Of a stretch of 64,000 nucleotides of DNA, positions 18,874-28,329 are shown one piece after another. The notes under the pieces are model-generated. The model did no database searches, was not told the DNA's origin, and saw nothing but the letters and a program-made list of their open reading frames with translations. Source of the DNA: Candidatus Gottesmanbacteria bacterium (lineage in GTDB: Bacteria > Patescibacteriota > Microgenomatia > 2-02-FULL-39-11); contig JACPZE010000044.1 in NCBI GenBank assembly GCA_016195685.1, forward strand, positions 633-64,632. Direction: 5' to 3'. Numbering within the stretch: position 1 is the stretch's first letter; every line of letters begins with the position of its first letter. The translations under genes were made by a program, and so were the position numbers.

Positions 18874-20037
18874 CTAAAGTAGAAACTGTGCAGGAGAAAT
18901 CGAGGGGGTAGGTTCAGTATAATTTCCACTCATATCTGTCAGAACTTTATCAGGAGTAAGTGCGTAATTATATATACGTACCTCATCAATGATTCCGTTA
19001 TAAATATAGTTACCCCCGGCTCTGGATCCAATATTAGGAAAAACGTCGTTTTGAATTCCATCCTTCAGACTATCTACACTAATGTTTGATAGTTGTTCTT
19101 TTCCATCTAGGTATATTTTTACTCCTTGGGCTTTGCTAGATCCATCATACGTCATAGCTACATGATGCCAGAGATTATTATTTACCGGCGTCTGCCCGTA
19201 AACATAGATGGCATTATCGGACCAGGTGTTGATTAAATATACTCCCAGCTGGTTATTCTTGTTTATAAAAAATTCATACCCTCGATTTCCATGTTCATTC
19301 TCCATTTTGGAAAATATTGTACTTTCCTTATCCGTTTCTGCATACTTGATCCAAGATTCTATGGTAAAAGGGTTTGTCCTTTCAAAACTAAAATTTAGCT
19401 TATTACTAACCCAAATTGAACTATCCCATCCATTGAAAAGCCTCGCTTTCCCTATTTTGCCTGTGGTAAAAACGGTGCTTGTTGAACCGCTGATATTATT
19501 ATTCCCTGACATATCATATGCAGTGATCAAGTCTTTATCACTATCAAATGGCCAGTAAGCAACAAGTTGCGGAGGTTTCATTGGAGGAGGTTTGAGTGTA
19601 GGTGTGGGTAAATTCCGAATCAAAAAATCAGGTACAGTATACTCAATACAATCATACCCTTTCTTATGTTTCCACTGATCGTAATAAGAGGATGGGTAAG
19701 AATACCTGTCACTGATTGTATCATTAGAATCTGTAGAAAAATCGGTGCACAGTTTATACCCTTTGTCATTCAAAACAATATAATCATAATCTTTTCTTGT
19801 TTTTGGATCTTTAATCGCTACCTTTGATTTTAAATCTGTAAGTTGATTCGGTAATTTATAATTCGTGCTGAAGAACTTTTCTATCTCATACCTTATACTG
19901 CCAAAATCACTTAATCTGGTATTGTCGAATGATTTATCTCTTTGTGCAAACGGATTACCGACAATTGTTAAACCCAAAAGGACGACCGTAAATACGAGTA
20001 TTCCCAAGAATCCAATAAAAATATAATAATTACGCAT
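18874..20037 (-). CDS. Membrane-anchored pilin-like domain + LamG/concanavalin-like domain protein
   Basis: RLSDF..I...I.......KLP..L...DP.T...YDY...YKLC domain; LVAYWPFD, WHHVAMTYDG, IDEVRIYNYAL. Confidence 0.8.
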   Translation of the reverse strand: MRNYYIFIGFLGILVFTVVLLGLTIVGNPFAQRDKSFDNTRLSDFGSIRYEIEKFFSTNYKLPNQLTDLKSKVAIKDPKTRKDYDYIVLNDKGYKLCTDFSTDSNDTISDRYSYPSSYYDQWKHKKGYDCIEYTVPDFLIRNLPTPTLKPPPMKPPQLVAYWPFDSDKDLITAYDMSGNNNISGSTSTVFTTGKIGKARLFNGWDSSIWVSNKLNFSFERTNPFTIESWIKYAETDKESTIFSKMENEHGNRGYEFFINKNNQLGVYLINTWSDNAIYVYGQTPVNNNLWHHVAMTYDGSSKAQGVKIYLDGKEQLSNISVDSLKDGIQNDVFPNIGSRAGGNYIYNGIIDEVRIYNYALTPDKVLTDMSGNYTEPTPSISPAQFLL

Positions 20038-20701
20038 TTGCATTCCTGTCATCTTTAATTTGATAAATGTAATAGCTAAAAATAATACTGCTTATTGCTA
20101 AAGTTACCAGCAGATGAAGTATGAAATTGGATGTAATGTTACCATTTAGTATTGTATAGACTGTAGAGATAATCTTGTATATAAATATGAGGAATGTCAC
20201 TACAAGAGTAAAATAAATTAGCATCTTTCTCGGCATTAAAGTTCTCAATATCGGATTTTCTATAGTCTTTCTAGTAATCCGTAAAAAGAAAAATGCAAAT
20301 AGTAGATAAGAGACAATTAGTGCTGCTAGATAAGCCCGTATAAGCGTTTGAAGAAACAAAGAAAAATAATCTTTAACACTATTAGGAGGTACTGCAAGAA
20401 CCCATTTGTCTATAAAAGCATGAAGCATCAATCCGAGCGAAGTAGCTAAAACATAAAGACTGATAAACATCAGTATATGTTCAAAAGTATCCCAATCCCA
20501 CATACTATTGTGTAAATTAATGGTTATATTATTATTAGAATTTGGCGGAACAGGAATTGCGGGTTGAACTTCATCTGTGAACCCTTTTTTAATTTCTTCT
20601 TCCTCCCAACCGACTTTAAGTAGAGAAGCAATAATTTGTTTCTTCGGGATTTTTTGTAATTTTGCCAGCTTTATATAATTGGTAATTGCTTCTTGTACCA
20701 T
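20030..20701 (-). CDS. DUF5671-like membrane protein
   Basis: I...LLKVGWEEEEI; F..ILMFISLY; RK.LIYFTL. Confidence 0.65.
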   Translation of the reverse strand: MVQEAITNYIKLAKLQKIPKKQIIASLLKVGWEEEEIKKGFTDEVQPAIPVPPNSNNNITINLHNSMWDWDTFEHILMFISLYVLATSLGLMLHAFIDKWVLAVPPNSVKDYFSLFLQTLIRAYLAALIVSYLLFAFFFLRITRKTIENPILRTLMPRKMLIYFTLVVTFLIFIYKIISTVYTILNGNITSNFILHLLVTLAISSIIFSYYIYQIKDDRNANA

Positions 20702-20742
20702 TTATATCTACTATAAACTGGATTCAGAAGAAATGTCAATTT

Positions 20743-21123
20743 TTAAATTGTTGCATTACTATAAGCAAGCGGAAATTGCTGAAAAATAATCCTCCATTCC
20801 CTGAGTGTCTGAACACATCCATCTACAATCGAGTTCGAAAGAATGAAACGATAGTCCACATTTGTTGATGCGGAAGCCGCAATATCATTGATTATCTTGA
20901 ATGGAAGCCCTAAACTTGGGTTCGAAAAGCCATCAATATTAAAGATTACTCCTTTTGGGAAAATTAGCCTCTGGTATTTTGTCTTCGCTTCATAAAGAGC
21001 GTCATACCAAGCTAATTCTGGGGTTCTAATAAATGCAGTACCAAAATTAAGAAGTGCGTCTATCTCAAGCTCTTCTGTATAAGTCTCATTCAGGCTCATT
21101 TTGGCAAGAGTCAATTTCTGTTC
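20743..21123 (-). pseudogene. C-terminal remnant of a large serine recombinase
   Basis: EQKLTLAKMSLNE...ELEIDALLNFG..F......W......K.KYQRLIFPKG...F....L...FKII resembles the C-tail of CPR recombinase-family proteins; catalytic N-terminus missing. Confidence 0.65.
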
Positions 21124-21293
21124 TCCTCGGCGATCTTAATGATGACGGGAAGGTGGACATCTTTGATTATAACCTCGTCATTACCAATTTTGGAAAAACT
21201 CATACTCCCAGAACGCTAAGCAGGGATGCAAACGGTGTTGCCAAAGTCGACATTTTTGATTATAATCAAGTGGTAACGTATTTTGGCACATGA
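21123..21293 (+). pseudogene. Orphan dockerin-like C-terminus of a deleted gene
   Basis: GDLNDDGKVDIFDYN...DANGVAKVDIFDYN duplicated EF-hand-like motif; abuts the recombinase remnant back to back. Confidence 0.65.
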
Positions 21294-21296
21294 GCA

Positions 21297-22607
21297 ATGG
21301 ATCTTTTGAAGCACATCATTACAACTTTCGTACTCCTATTACTCCTGCGACCTCCAGTTGTGTTTGCCCAGTCATCGTCACTTCTTACCCTTATCAACAG
21401 TGGTAAATCACTCATGTTCATTGGCGCCCACGCCGACGACGCAAACATTGCAGCGCCACTTCTCGTCCGCGGCTGTGTGGCTAAAAAATCAAAGTGTACC
21501 ATTGTGTCGATTGACCGGGCAAAATCGCCAGACGGAACCCAAGTTGATACTGAGTTTCGCACCTATACGTATCTCCTCAATACGAACGGCGTTGGCTTGG
21601 GATATCCATCTGGTACGCAGGGGGCGGGATTTGATGGTAATCCAGAGATTGTTATTGCAAACTGGAAGGCCATAGGTGACGTTGAAGGTGATATTTTAGC
21701 ACTTATTAATCAAGAAAAACCTGATGTCGTTATCACGCAGGAACCGACTCACGGGGTCTATGGGCACCCAGATCATCGCGCCATTGGCAGGGTTGTCACC
21801 AATGTCTTTCAAAAGAACAGTATTAATGCTTACCTCTACTATCAAATCGTCCGTTACTCATCGATTTTAGGTGGTAATCTTGACCCATTGCCTATCACCG
21901 ATACCATTGACGAACGTGATCGACTACCCGAGCTCAATAATGAAACGCCGTGGAATACTGCCTTAGGCGCACTGAGAACGATCCGTTTCGACCCAGGCTT
22001 TTTCGATTTAATTGCCTCTATCCCATCAGACGAGCAAATAAGTTGGAATCGGCTCGTGCAAACACCACAACAACCAGAAACCAGTCCAACACCAACAAGC
22101 GCCCCGACAGCTACGTCCATTCTTCTGCCGGCAACCACCCCGACGAGCATTCCAACTCCAGGCGCAGGTATCAGCCTAACCCCCACACCTGCCTATTTTC
22201 CTGACGATATCAATCATGATGGAAAAGTCGATATCTTCGACTATAATCTCCTAGTCACCGACTTTGGCAAGACAGGTTCCCCAGGTTTTTCAAAAGCAGA
22301 TTTAAACAATGACGGTAAAGTGGATATGTCAGATTTTAATATATTTATGGCTAGCGTTAAAAATCAACTATCAGTTTCTCCTACACTCATCTTAGCTCCT
22401 ACGCCAACCTATATTCCGACGATAATTCCTTCTCACACGGTATCCTTAACATCATGTGCATATAAACCCAATGGTGCAATTTGCATTGTAAATAACCAAG
22501 CAGGAGTCTGCAGCCATCACCAGTGTATTCCTCCTAATCATCCCCAACCGACTTCACCACCTGTAGACTGTGATTCACCAAACTCACCTAAATATTGTAA
22601 TTATTAA
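21297..22607 (+). CDS. Secreted PIG-L-family deacetylase + Pro/Thr linker + dockerin-like domain
   Basis: Signal peptide; GAHADD, KPDVVIT, GHPDH; DDINHDGKVDIFDY and ADLNNDGKVDMSDF. Confidence 0.8.
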   Translation: MDLLKHIITTFVLLLLLRPPVVFAQSSSLLTLINSGKSLMFIGAHADDANIAAPLLVRGCVAKKSKCTIVSIDRAKSPDGTQVDTEFRTYTYLLNTNGVGLGYPSGTQGAGFDGNPEIVIANWKAIGDVEGDILALINQEKPDVVITQEPTHGVYGHPDHRAIGRVVTNVFQKNSINAYLYYQIVRYSSILGGNLDPLPITDTIDERDRLPELNNETPWNTALGALRTIRFDPGFFDLIASIPSDEQISWNRLVQTPQQPETSPTPTSAPTATSILLPATTPTSIPTPGAGISLTPTPAYFPDDINHDGKVDIFDYNLLVTDFGKTGSPGFSKADLNNDGKVDMSDFNIFMASVKNQLSVSPTLILAPTPTYIPTIIPSHTVSLTSCAYKPNGAICIVNNQAGVCSHHQCIPPNHPQPTSPPVDCDSPNSPKYCNY

Positions 22608-22616
22608 TGAATTAAT

Positions 22617-23282
22617 ATGTTGAAATTAAATCTTACAAAAAAATCATACACTACAGTGCTAATCTTACTTTTTCTTCTGGTGGGATTAGCCTCTACGGTG
22701 TATCTATCCATGTCATATCTGGATATCAGAAAGAAAGCATCATATTCCGGAGCAACACTTGAACTTATTCCAGCAAGTATCATTAAAAACACAGGGGATA
22801 CATTCACAGTGGGAGTAGCCGTAAACACAGGAGATGAGACTGTCTCTGGAGCAGATGTCCATATAATTTATGAGGCTGATAAACTTGAAGTTCAAAGTAT
22901 TACCCCCGGTAACTTTCTGCCTAATATCTTTTCAGCCGGAAACTTTGGAGGAGGTAATGCTTCAATTGCATTAGTCAGCCAACCCGATAAACCACAAAAA
23001 GGATCTGGTATATTAGCCTCTATCAATTTCAAAGTCTTATCTAGTACACCTACAGTCATAAATTTCTCCTCAAATACTAAGATAGCTGCAATAGGAAAGA
23101 CCACTAATGTACTTACCAGTACCCAGGCAGCTGTGATAAATACTCCTTTGGCCACCATCAGTTCTTCGTCTTTTGCTTCTCCTAGCAGCATAGTAACACC
23201 TTCAATTGTTTCACCAACCCTTGCTATTACTCCTACCCTTAAAGTTCCTAGCCCTACGTCTATCACACCAGGAGACGGATAA
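22617..23282 (+). CDS. Membrane-anchored cohesin-domain protein
   Basis: DIRKKAS anchor; GDTFTVGVAVNTG..VSGADV.I.Y....LEV.SI..G.F; GSGILA.I.FK. Confidence 0.75.
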   Translation: MLKLNLTKKSYTTVLILLFLLVGLASTVYLSMSYLDIRKKASYSGATLELIPASIIKNTGDTFTVGVAVNTGDETVSGADVHIIYEADKLEVQSITPGNFLPNIFSAGNFGGGNASIALVSQPDKPQKGSGILASINFKVLSSTPTVINFSSNTKIAAIGKTTNVLTSTQAAVINTPLATISSSSFASPSSIVTPSIVSPTLAITPTLKVPSPTSITPGDG

Positions 23283-23336
23283 CTCTGATAGATTAATACC
23301 AGGGGGGGTAAGGAATAGAATCTTCTTCGGTACAAA

Positions 23337-23450
23337 TTACAGAGTGTAAACCAAATTTAGTGGATACTGCTGGAAAACAATCCTCCAATCCTTTAAAGTC
23401 TGTATCAAATCATCTATAATCTGGTTCGTAAGGACTAAACGATAGTCCAC
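23337..23450 (-). repeat. Att-arm direct repeat encoding a second copy of the recombinase C-tail
   Basis: Translates VDYRLVLTNQIIDDLIQTLKDWRIVFQQYPLNLVYTL*, versus VDYRFILSNSIVDGCVQTLREWRIIFQQFPL at 20743..20859. Confidence 0.85.
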
Positions 23451-23620
23451 TGAAAAATTTCTGATGAAATTTTCCAGTGCAAGCACAATAAAGGTGATTT
23501 TTTCGGTGTAAACACATTATTTTTTCTCACACAAGTAATTTCCCATAACTGATATATTACCAAAACTTTATACGTCTTGAAAATGTTGACAATGCAGATT
23601 CTTATTCTTATTCTGGTTAT

Positions 23621-25468
23621 ATGAAGTCTTTTCCCAAAATAAGTACAGTAGGAATTTTTCTAATACTTTTAATTTCGACGATTCTTCTTATTTCAGGATT
23701 TGCAATAGGGTATAAAACTTCACGAACAGATATATTCTCAAGAGCAGAATCTGGCCTAGCTCCGACTCCGCCTGCTTCACAATACGGAAGTATATCAGGT
23801 ACAATCACTATAGATAAAAATGTCTATGACAGTCTGGATAAATCGAGATCACTGGTAGTTTCTTCCTGTGATGTTGTACCTAAACCAACTATTGATCCCC
23901 AGGATCAGTTTCAGAAAGAAAATACTGTTGATATAAAAGATAAATATCTGGATTGTCCTAGAAATAATTGGTTTTTAGTATCCTTGGTTAAACCGGCAAA
24001 GTTTGAATATAATAAATATATTTTTCGGTATAACTTAGATAAAGTACCAATCGGAACCAGGGGAATCACTCTTCTCTCCTATTATTTTACTTCCAGAGAT
24101 GAAATTGTAGGAATTCTTTTTCCAGATAAAACAACGATAGAATCGCAAAATTGTGAGCTATTTGAAACTGACTATAAACAAGATTGTACATTAAGTATTG
24201 ATCAGGGAAGTGAGGTTAAACTGGATTATAAAATTTCTAAATCTGCCAGTAATGAAGTAAATAATGAATTATATCTTTATTCTTTGATTGGGAAAGATAA
24301 TAAAGTAGCATTAAACAAATGGTTGGAAAAAGCAGATAAGGAGACGTATAACCAGGCATTATCACTTATTACTTCTTCAGTGATAAATGTGAAGATTGAA
24401 AAAAATGAAGATTATAAACCTGTCTATTTCATCATAAAAGAGGCTGTATATGATTATCTTTTATCAAATCCAGGAAAAAACGTAATATATAAGTCAACCC
24501 GGAAAGATGAAAATTATTATAATGCGATTGCCACAAGCGGTATGTACAATATTCTACAACGCAGTTGGATGCCGGAAACAGTTGCGGGTCATATATTTGT
24601 AGCGGAACTTTTACCTACGTATTTTAAAAACTTCGGATCAATGGAAAATTACATACTTAAATATTCTGCACATATATATCCTACTTATTATCCGGGTTAT
24701 ATCCTTCAGGGAAGCGGGTTATATACTTATCTAAAAGATAAAATCATGCAAAGATTTGGTATAGATGATAAACGTTTTGCAGATATAACTCTCAGCATCA
24801 TCTATAACCGTTATAATCAAAAGGCAGAGGATGTAGAGATTATAGATGTAATTGAAGATGAAGCAAAAAACTGGGTAGAAGACAGTAAATCTTTTATAGT
24901 TGAAGAATATGATAAAAGTAATGAGCCAATCAGCACTTCGACAATACTGAGGTATTATCTGGAAAAAAACAACGGTAATCTTTCAGAATCATTGTGGGAT
25001 GTGGCAATCCTTTACAAGATTCTTGTGCGCTTCGATCATTTTGATAATACTCCATTATTTATTGTTAAACCTGATACTATTGAAACTAAATTTTCCGTAG
25101 AAAAAGCAAGTAAAGTCGCAGGTTTTACAGCAAAATATATAAAAGATGAGTTTACTAAAGTAAATAATTTTAATTCACTCAAGCAAAATTTAGATACAAA
25201 TGCCTCAGGAAATGAATCGGAAATTTATTATGACCCTAATAATCCGGAAATATCATTAGTGAATCAAGTAGGTAACGCCTATCGAAAAATGAACACGATT
25301 TCTTTACTAGTGTCGTACCCGCCAAATTTCTTGAAATTTCTTATGGTTGTGGAGAGTCAGTATAAAGGAGATGTTCATGGAATTGTAAAAAAAGAAGTTG
25401 ATTATGATGCAGCTCTATCCTTGGATGAAGTAGATAGTTATCTACAGTCATTTCTAAATAGTCCTTAA
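23621..25468 (+). CDS. Hypothetical membrane-anchored exported protein
   Basis: Long ORF with N-terminal TM and SRAE motif; no family recognised. Confidence 0.7.
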   Translation: MKSFPKISTVGIFLILLISTILLISGFAIGYKTSRTDIFSRAESGLAPTPPASQYGSISGTITIDKNVYDSLDKSRSLVVSSCDVVPKPTIDPQDQFQKENTVDIKDKYLDCPRNNWFLVSLVKPAKFEYNKYIFRYNLDKVPIGTRGITLLSYYFTSRDEIVGILFPDKTTIESQNCELFETDYKQDCTLSIDQGSEVKLDYKISKSASNEVNNELYLYSLIGKDNKVALNKWLEKADKETYNQALSLITSSVINVKIEKNEDYKPVYFIIKEAVYDYLLSNPGKNVIYKSTRKDENYYNAIATSGMYNILQRSWMPETVAGHIFVAELLPTYFKNFGSMENYILKYSAHIYPTYYPGYILQGSGLYTYLKDKIMQRFGIDDKRFADITLSIIYNRYNQKAEDVEIIDVIEDEAKNWVEDSKSFIVEEYDKSNEPISTSTILRYYLEKNNGNLSESLWDVAILYKILVRFDHFDNTPLFIVKPDTIETKFSVEKASKVAGFTAKYIKDEFTKVNNFNSLKQNLDTNASGNESEIYYDPNNPEISLVNQVGNAYRKMNTISLLVSYPPNFLKFLMVVESQYKGDVHGIVKKEVDYDAALSLDEVDSYLQSFLNSP

Positions 25469-25470
25469 TA

Positions 25471-27279
25471 TTATTTCTCACACACGTAATTTCCCATCAC
25501 TAATATATCTATTCCGGATCTTTCCAAAGTTGAATAAGCGTCGGCAGGGGAGGCGACAATTGGTTCTCCACGCAGATTAAATGAGGTATTTAATACAAGT
25601 GGTACGCCTGTTTTTTTGTAAAAAGATTTTATCAATTGGTAGTAAAGAGGATTTTCCTTTTCATAAACTAGTTGAGGTCGAGCCGTATTATCTGCATGAT
25701 TTATGGCTGGTACTTTCTTTTGCCATTCTTTCTTGACTGGTACCACATACAACATGTAGCGAAGAGGATAGTGATTTTCTAATTTTAATTTACGGGTCCT
25801 GCCGCTTAGGTATCCCAAACTACGATACATCTTCGTTTGGGATCCCTCCTTCGCGTCACCCGTGGTTAAAATAGATGTATTCATAGCTGATAAATCAAAT
25901 ATCTTATCAGCATATTCTGCAAGTACAGAAGGGGCAAAAGGGCGGAAAGCTTCCCGGAATTTCACTTTTCTATTTATAATATCTTTCATTTTCAGGTTTC
26001 GGGCGTCTGCCAGGATACTTCTTGCTCCCAGCGCTCTTGGTCCCCATTCAAATCTTCCTTGCATCCAACCGATGACTCGGCCTTTTGATATTTTATCCGC
26101 GATAAAATCAACGATCTTTTTGTCATTTAATTTTTTAAATTTTGCTTTTTTCTCCTTCAAAAACTTCTCAATTTCCGGATTATCATATTGTTTTCCCAGA
26201 TAAGCGTGGGTCATCATTTTTCGATTGCCTTTATTTAAGACATGATGATATGCATATAAAGCCGCACCCATTGCTCCTCCAGAATCACCCGCTGCCGGTT
26301 GTACAAAAATATTTTTAAAGCCAGATTCTTTTAAGATCCGGTAATTAGCTACAGAGTTTAATGCTACACCACCTGCTAGGCACAGATTATCTGATTTAGT
26401 TTTGTTTCTTACATATTTGGCCATACCCAGAATCAATTCTTCTGTTACCAGCTGTACACTCGAAGCGATATCGGCTGGCCGTTTTTCTACCAGATGAGAT
26501 TGGTTCGGATCGATTGGACTTCCCAAGAGTTTTACCAATTTTTCAGAAAATGATTTTTTATCAGAGTACTGAAAAGAAAAATAGGAAAAGTCCAAAGAGA
26601 AACTGCCATCCGCAAGTTGCCGTACTGTTTTCCAGATTTTATCTGCATAGATAGGTTTGCCGTATGGAGCTAGACCCATGAGTTTCCATTCTCCTTCGTT
26701 TACCTCAAACCCCAAAAATGCAGTAAAAGCAGAATAAAAAAGTCCAAGAGATTGAGGAAAACGTATTTCGGAATTTAATCTGAGCTTGCTTCCCTCGCCA
26801 ACCCCAAATGATGAGGTGGTCCATTCGCCGACACCATCCAAAGTGAGAATCGCTGATTTTTTAAAAAGGGATGGATAAAAACAGCTGGCCGCATGGGATA
26901 AATGATGATCGCAAAAAAGTATTTTGGAAAGATCAACTTTTACATAAGATGAAATTTCCTGTTTTATCCAAAGTTTTTGTGTCAGCCAGACCCGAATACC
27001 CTCCCTAAAACTTGCATATGACAGGGGATAAGTTGATATTGCACTGATAAGCATGCGGTGAAACTTCCTGAAAGGTTTTTCATAAAATACTACATAATCT
27101 AAATCAGACTTGCTGACATGAGCAATCTCCAGGCAAAAATCAATCGCATTTTTGGGAAAAGACGAATCGTGTTTTTTACGGCTGAACCGTTCCTCTTCTG
27201 CTGCAGCTAAAACTTCTCCGTCTTTTAAAAGTACGGCAGCTGCGTCATGATAATAACAGGAAATTCCTAAGATATTCAT
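25471..27279 (-). CDS. O-carbamoyltransferase (NodU/CmcH/SxtI family) with an in-frame palindromic insert
   Basis: ILGISCYYHDAAA, AEEERFSRKKHD, DHHLSHAAS, AGGVALN, EWGPRALGARSIL, LNTSFNLRGEPIV. Confidence 0.93.
   Translation of the reverse strand: MNILGISCYYHDAAAVLLKDGEVLAAAEEERFSRKKHDSSFPKNAIDFCLEIAHVSKSDLDYVVFYEKPFRKFHRMLISAISTYPLSYASFREGIRVWLTQKLWIKQEISSYVKVDLSKILFCDHHLSHAASCFYPSLFKKSAILTLDGVGEWTTSSFGVGEGSKLRLNSEIRFPQSLGLFYSAFTAFLGFEVNEGEWKLMGLAPYGKPIYADKIWKTVRQLADGSFSLDFSYFSFQYSDKKSFSEKLVKLLGSPIDPNQSHLVEKRPADIASSVQLVTEELILGMAKYVRNKTKSDNLCLAGGVALNSVANYRILKESGFKNIFVQPAAGDSGGAMGAALYAYHHVLNKGNRKMMTHAYLGKQYDNPEIEKFLKEKKAKFKKLNDKKIVDFIADKISKGRVIGWMQGRFEWGPRALGARSILADARNLKMKDIINRKVKFREAFRPFAPSVLAEYADKIFDLSAMNTSILTTGDAKEGSQTKMYRSLGYLSGRTRKLKLENHYPLRYMLYVVPVKKEWQKKVPAINHADNTARPQLVYEKENPLYYQLIKSFYKKTGVPLVLNTSFNLRGEPIVASPADAYSTLERSGIDILVMGNYVCEK
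25782..25872 (-). repeat. Palindromic element family A, copy 2 (in frame in carbamoyltransferase)
   Basis: attttaatttacgggtcctgccgc...atcccaaac-loop-gtttgggat...cccgtggttaaaat; peptide ILTTGDAKEGSQTKMYRSLGYLSGRTRKLK. Confidence 0.9.
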
Positions 27280-27509
27280 CAGAATTGTTCTTTTAGTTCT
27301 TCTAAGGTATCGTTGTGTGTATTTTTTAAACTCCAAGTGGATACCGGGAGGGTTTTAAACCCGAGTTTGTCTTTCGTAAAAGTAAAAATAATTCCGAAAG
27401 GCAAAAGAATTGTAAAATAGAAGATAGACAGTATTACTTGCGCTTGGAATACTGCAATGCGGTGGGCGATTTTTTTCCATTTTTGCCAAATAGACTTTAT
27501 TATCTGCAT
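27279..27509 (-). CDS. SxtJ-like small membrane protein
   Basis: W.KW.KIAH.IA......ILSIFYF.IL.PFG; coupled to the carbamoyltransferase. Confidence 0.75.
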   Translation of the reverse strand: MQIIKSIWQKWKKIAHRIAVFQAQVILSIFYFTILLPFGIIFTFTKDKLGFKTLPVSTWSLKNTHNDTLEELKEQF

Positions 27510-27512
27510 GAT

Positions 27513-27686
27513 TTAAAAAATAGTGTAGATAAATGGGGCTATAGCAGAGCCTTGGGAGAAAATCATCAGGATTCCCAAAAGAATAAGTATGATGATCATA
27601 GGGATAAGCCACCACAAGCGTTCTTTCCATAAAAATGAGAGTAATTCTCGGATGATAGAGTAGCGCGCCAATAATTTCTTTAGCAT
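27513..27686 (-). CDS. SxtK/DUF5989-like 57-aa protein (missed by ORF track)
   Basis: MLKKLLARYSIIRELLSFLWKERLWWLIPMIIILILLGILMIFSQGSAIAPFIYTIF*; APFIYT.F signature. Confidence 0.85.
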   Translation of the reverse strand: MLKKLLARYSIIRELLSFLWKERLWWLIPMIIILILLGILMIFSQGSAIAPFIYTIF

Positions 27687-27729
27687 GATATTTCCATTAT
27701 AGTTTATAATGAAAAGATAAAATTACAAA

Positions 27730-28329
27730 ATGCGAAACACTCAATTAAACATAAAATTAGTTATTTTCACCGTAATAGCAGGTAAATTAAAGATATTTTT
27801 GTCCAACGATAAATTATTAGTTGGGTCATTAATTACTGGGAAATCTCTAAACCAATCTGCAGAGATACTTTTTAAAGAAAAAGTTGGCATATTGTTAAAG
27901 GATATCTATATCGAGCAATTATACACTTTTTCTTCTATAAAACCGCTAGAAATTTCAGTAGTTTATTACTTTCTAGTACCTGAACACAAAATATATTCAA
28001 ATAAATATAATTGGAAAGAATTAGCTACATTTATATTAAATAAAAGTGACAAGAAAATTATCCTATACGCGGTGCAAAGACTAAGGTGGAAGATAGAGTA
28101 TACCAATGTAGTGTACAGTTTGCTTCCGGATGAATTTACTTTTGGTCAATTGCAGTCAATATACGAGGCGATATTGGGTAAAACGCTAGATAAGAGAAAC
28201 TTCCGAAAGAAGATTTTGATCTTGAATATTCTAAAGTCCACCGGACATATCAAAAATTTGGGGAAAGCCCGTCCTGCCGAGATGTTTTCGTTTACTAAAA
28301 AGAAATTATCTTTTGTCCAAATTCTTTAA
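27730..28329 (+). CDS. nrtR: NrtR-family Nudix-wHTH NAD regulator
   Basis: EQLYTF; LLPDEFTFGQLQSIYEAILGKTLDKRNFRKKI; adjacent to nad genes. Confidence 0.88.
   Translation: MRNTQLNIKLVIFTVIAGKLKIFLSNDKLLVGSLITGKSLNQSAEILFKEKVGILLKDIYIEQLYTFSSIKPLEISVVYYFLVPEHKIYSNKYNWKELATFILNKSDKKIILYAVQRLRWKIEYTNVVYSLLPDEFTFGQLQSIYEAILGKTLDKRNFRKKILILNILKSTGHIKNLGKARPAEMFSFTKKKLSFVQIL

Larger units (their letters stand above)
17164..23450. mobile_element. Two tandem decayed integrative mini-islands at the tRNA-Ala(GGC) 3' end (17170..20859 and 20860..23450)
   Basis: GTCCAC core at 17164, 20854 and 23445; diverged ~115-nt direct repeats ending at 20859 and 23450; recombinase remnant; pseudogenes. Confidence 0.7.

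Noticed and set aside
21126-22275. Similar dockerin-coding stretches as a DNA repeat element
   Set aside because: Similarity is at the protein-domain level with many synonymous changes.
23268-23300. Cohesin gene ending TPGDG* as a truncated dockerin start
   Set aside because: Downstream sequence gives no recognisable dockerin continuation, so it is unsupported.
20743-23450. DGR template/variable repeat pair
   Set aside because: Differences between the two arms are not adenine-specific and look codon-constrained; no reverse transcriptase in the window.
25782-25872. Family-A inserts as group I/II introns or inteins
   Set aside because: Far too short, no catalytic core and no intein C/S...HN ends; an unknown RNA-processing route is not excluded.
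25471-27686. Saxitoxin biosynthesis
   Set aside because: Only the widespread sxtIJK-like trio is present; no sxtA or sxtG.
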